NCBI GenBank assembly: GCA_023397655.1
Contig: JAEWTW010000026.1
Coordinates: 182,463-246,462, forward strand
Length of the DNA: 64,000 nt
Direction of reading: 5' to 3'
Source: Bacillota bacterium
GTDB taxonomy: Bacteria > Bacillota > Clostridia > Christensenellales > SZUA-584
Made by a program: the position numbers and the translations under genes. Under the pieces are notes generated by a model. The model was not told the DNA's origin, did not search any database, and saw nothing but the letters and a program-made list of their open reading frames with translations. Position 1 is the stretch's first letter. Every line of letters begins with the position of its first letter. Shown in pieces: positions 63,678-64,000 of this stretch.

Positions 63678-64000
63678 GATATCAGTTTTTATCACTAAGC
63701 ATCATGAACGGCAATTGGCTATTGCCTCATTGGAATCTCACCACCCCCTCAACGAGCGGGGTACACTCTGGGACTTAACCTCGACTATGCACAAGTATCA
63801 TTATCCATCCATGTGGGTCGTCGCCAGAGCCTGCCACAGCTCATTTTGACATCAGTATTGATCGCTCCCGCGCTTGCGGTCATGGCGTACCTGTCATCCG
63901 GCTTTCCCTTCCCGGGTCACATGGAGAAAGTATTCATTTCTGCCTTTATTCATTTTTCAAGGTACAGAGAGCAGAAAACTGCTCTCATACCCTGAAAGGA

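Noticed and set aside
63813-63995. A 60-aa plus-strand ORF at the window end.
   Set aside because: It has a GTG start without a convincing RBS, sits inside a hairpin-dense region, and shows no recognisable motif. It is kept only as a remark in the corresponding finding.
1-64000. Roughly 100 ORF-track entries lie antisense to, or out of frame within, the genes called above. Examples: 10..345, 633..1070, 2161..2607, 2991..3767, 4038..4667, 10134..10763, 13453..14232, 18931..19425, 24801..25289, 32735..33478, 36808..37302.
   Set aside because: They overlap longer ORFs that carry recognisable motifs and RBSs. They have low-complexity Arg/Ser/Ala/Pro-rich translations typical of shadow frames in GC-rich genes, and they lack RBSs.
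63678-64000. Tried to read the GC-rich segment as a cobalamin, TPP or T-box leader, an RNase P or tmRNA gene, or a group II intron 3' end.
   Set aside because: Only fragmentary resemblances appear (GGTGGTGAGATTCC, GGGTGGT, GCCACAG), and they are in the wrong order or orientation for those families. No domain-V-like hairpin is present. The call is left as an unexplained structured region.

Overview
The window looks like an anaerobic Gram-positive (Clostridia-like) genome: GGAGG-type ribosome binding sites (RBS), a [FeFe]-hydrogenase, an Rnf/Nqr-type complex, and Hcp with rubredoxin. No tRNA, rRNA or CRISPR array was seen. It falls into three blocks. (1) 1-19.4 kb looks chromosomal. It holds a 5'-truncated [FeFe]-hydrogenase with a small 2Fe-2S protein. 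It also holds a sugar-utilisation locus: D-lyxose/mannose-type isomerase, ABC importer, ROK regulator, PfkB kinase, a mutarotase-like protein and four URO-D/MtaA-family paralogues. The block ends with a five-gene nqrBCDEF-like operon that has no nqrA/rnfC. (2) 19.5-47.7 kb is a ~26 kb island bracketed by two related, non-identical large-serine-recombinase (LSR) units, and every gene is on the minus strand. Its core is the most unusual content of the window. It is an array of 8-9 HEAT-like alpha-solenoid paralogues that share an N-terminal MGLFxPxW peptide and His-x-Asp-rich C-terminal modules. The array is wrapped around a fused double radical-SAM/SPASM enzyme. It is interleaved with an RCC1-like beta-propeller and two lipoproteins (one LRR), and preceded by a DUF2225-like zinc-ribbon protein, HTH proteins, a Nudix hydrolase and a membrane Ser/Thr kinase with an LRR ectodomain. 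I cannot assign this array to any described system. (3) 47.7-64 kb is an AT-richer accessory mosaic. It carries arsM plus a poly-Cys DUF2703-like protein, SigZ-like sigma factor, an hcp-rubredoxin-hemerythrin-cupin stress cluster, permeases, a Crp/Fnr regulator, mreB, and several decayed genes (IS3 remnant, GNAT, citrate synthase fragment). It also has a duplicated promoter-leader cassette and a third, truncated LSR unit. The window ends in an unexplained GC-rich ORF-poor segment. All functional calls rest on motif recognition by eye; no database search was possible.
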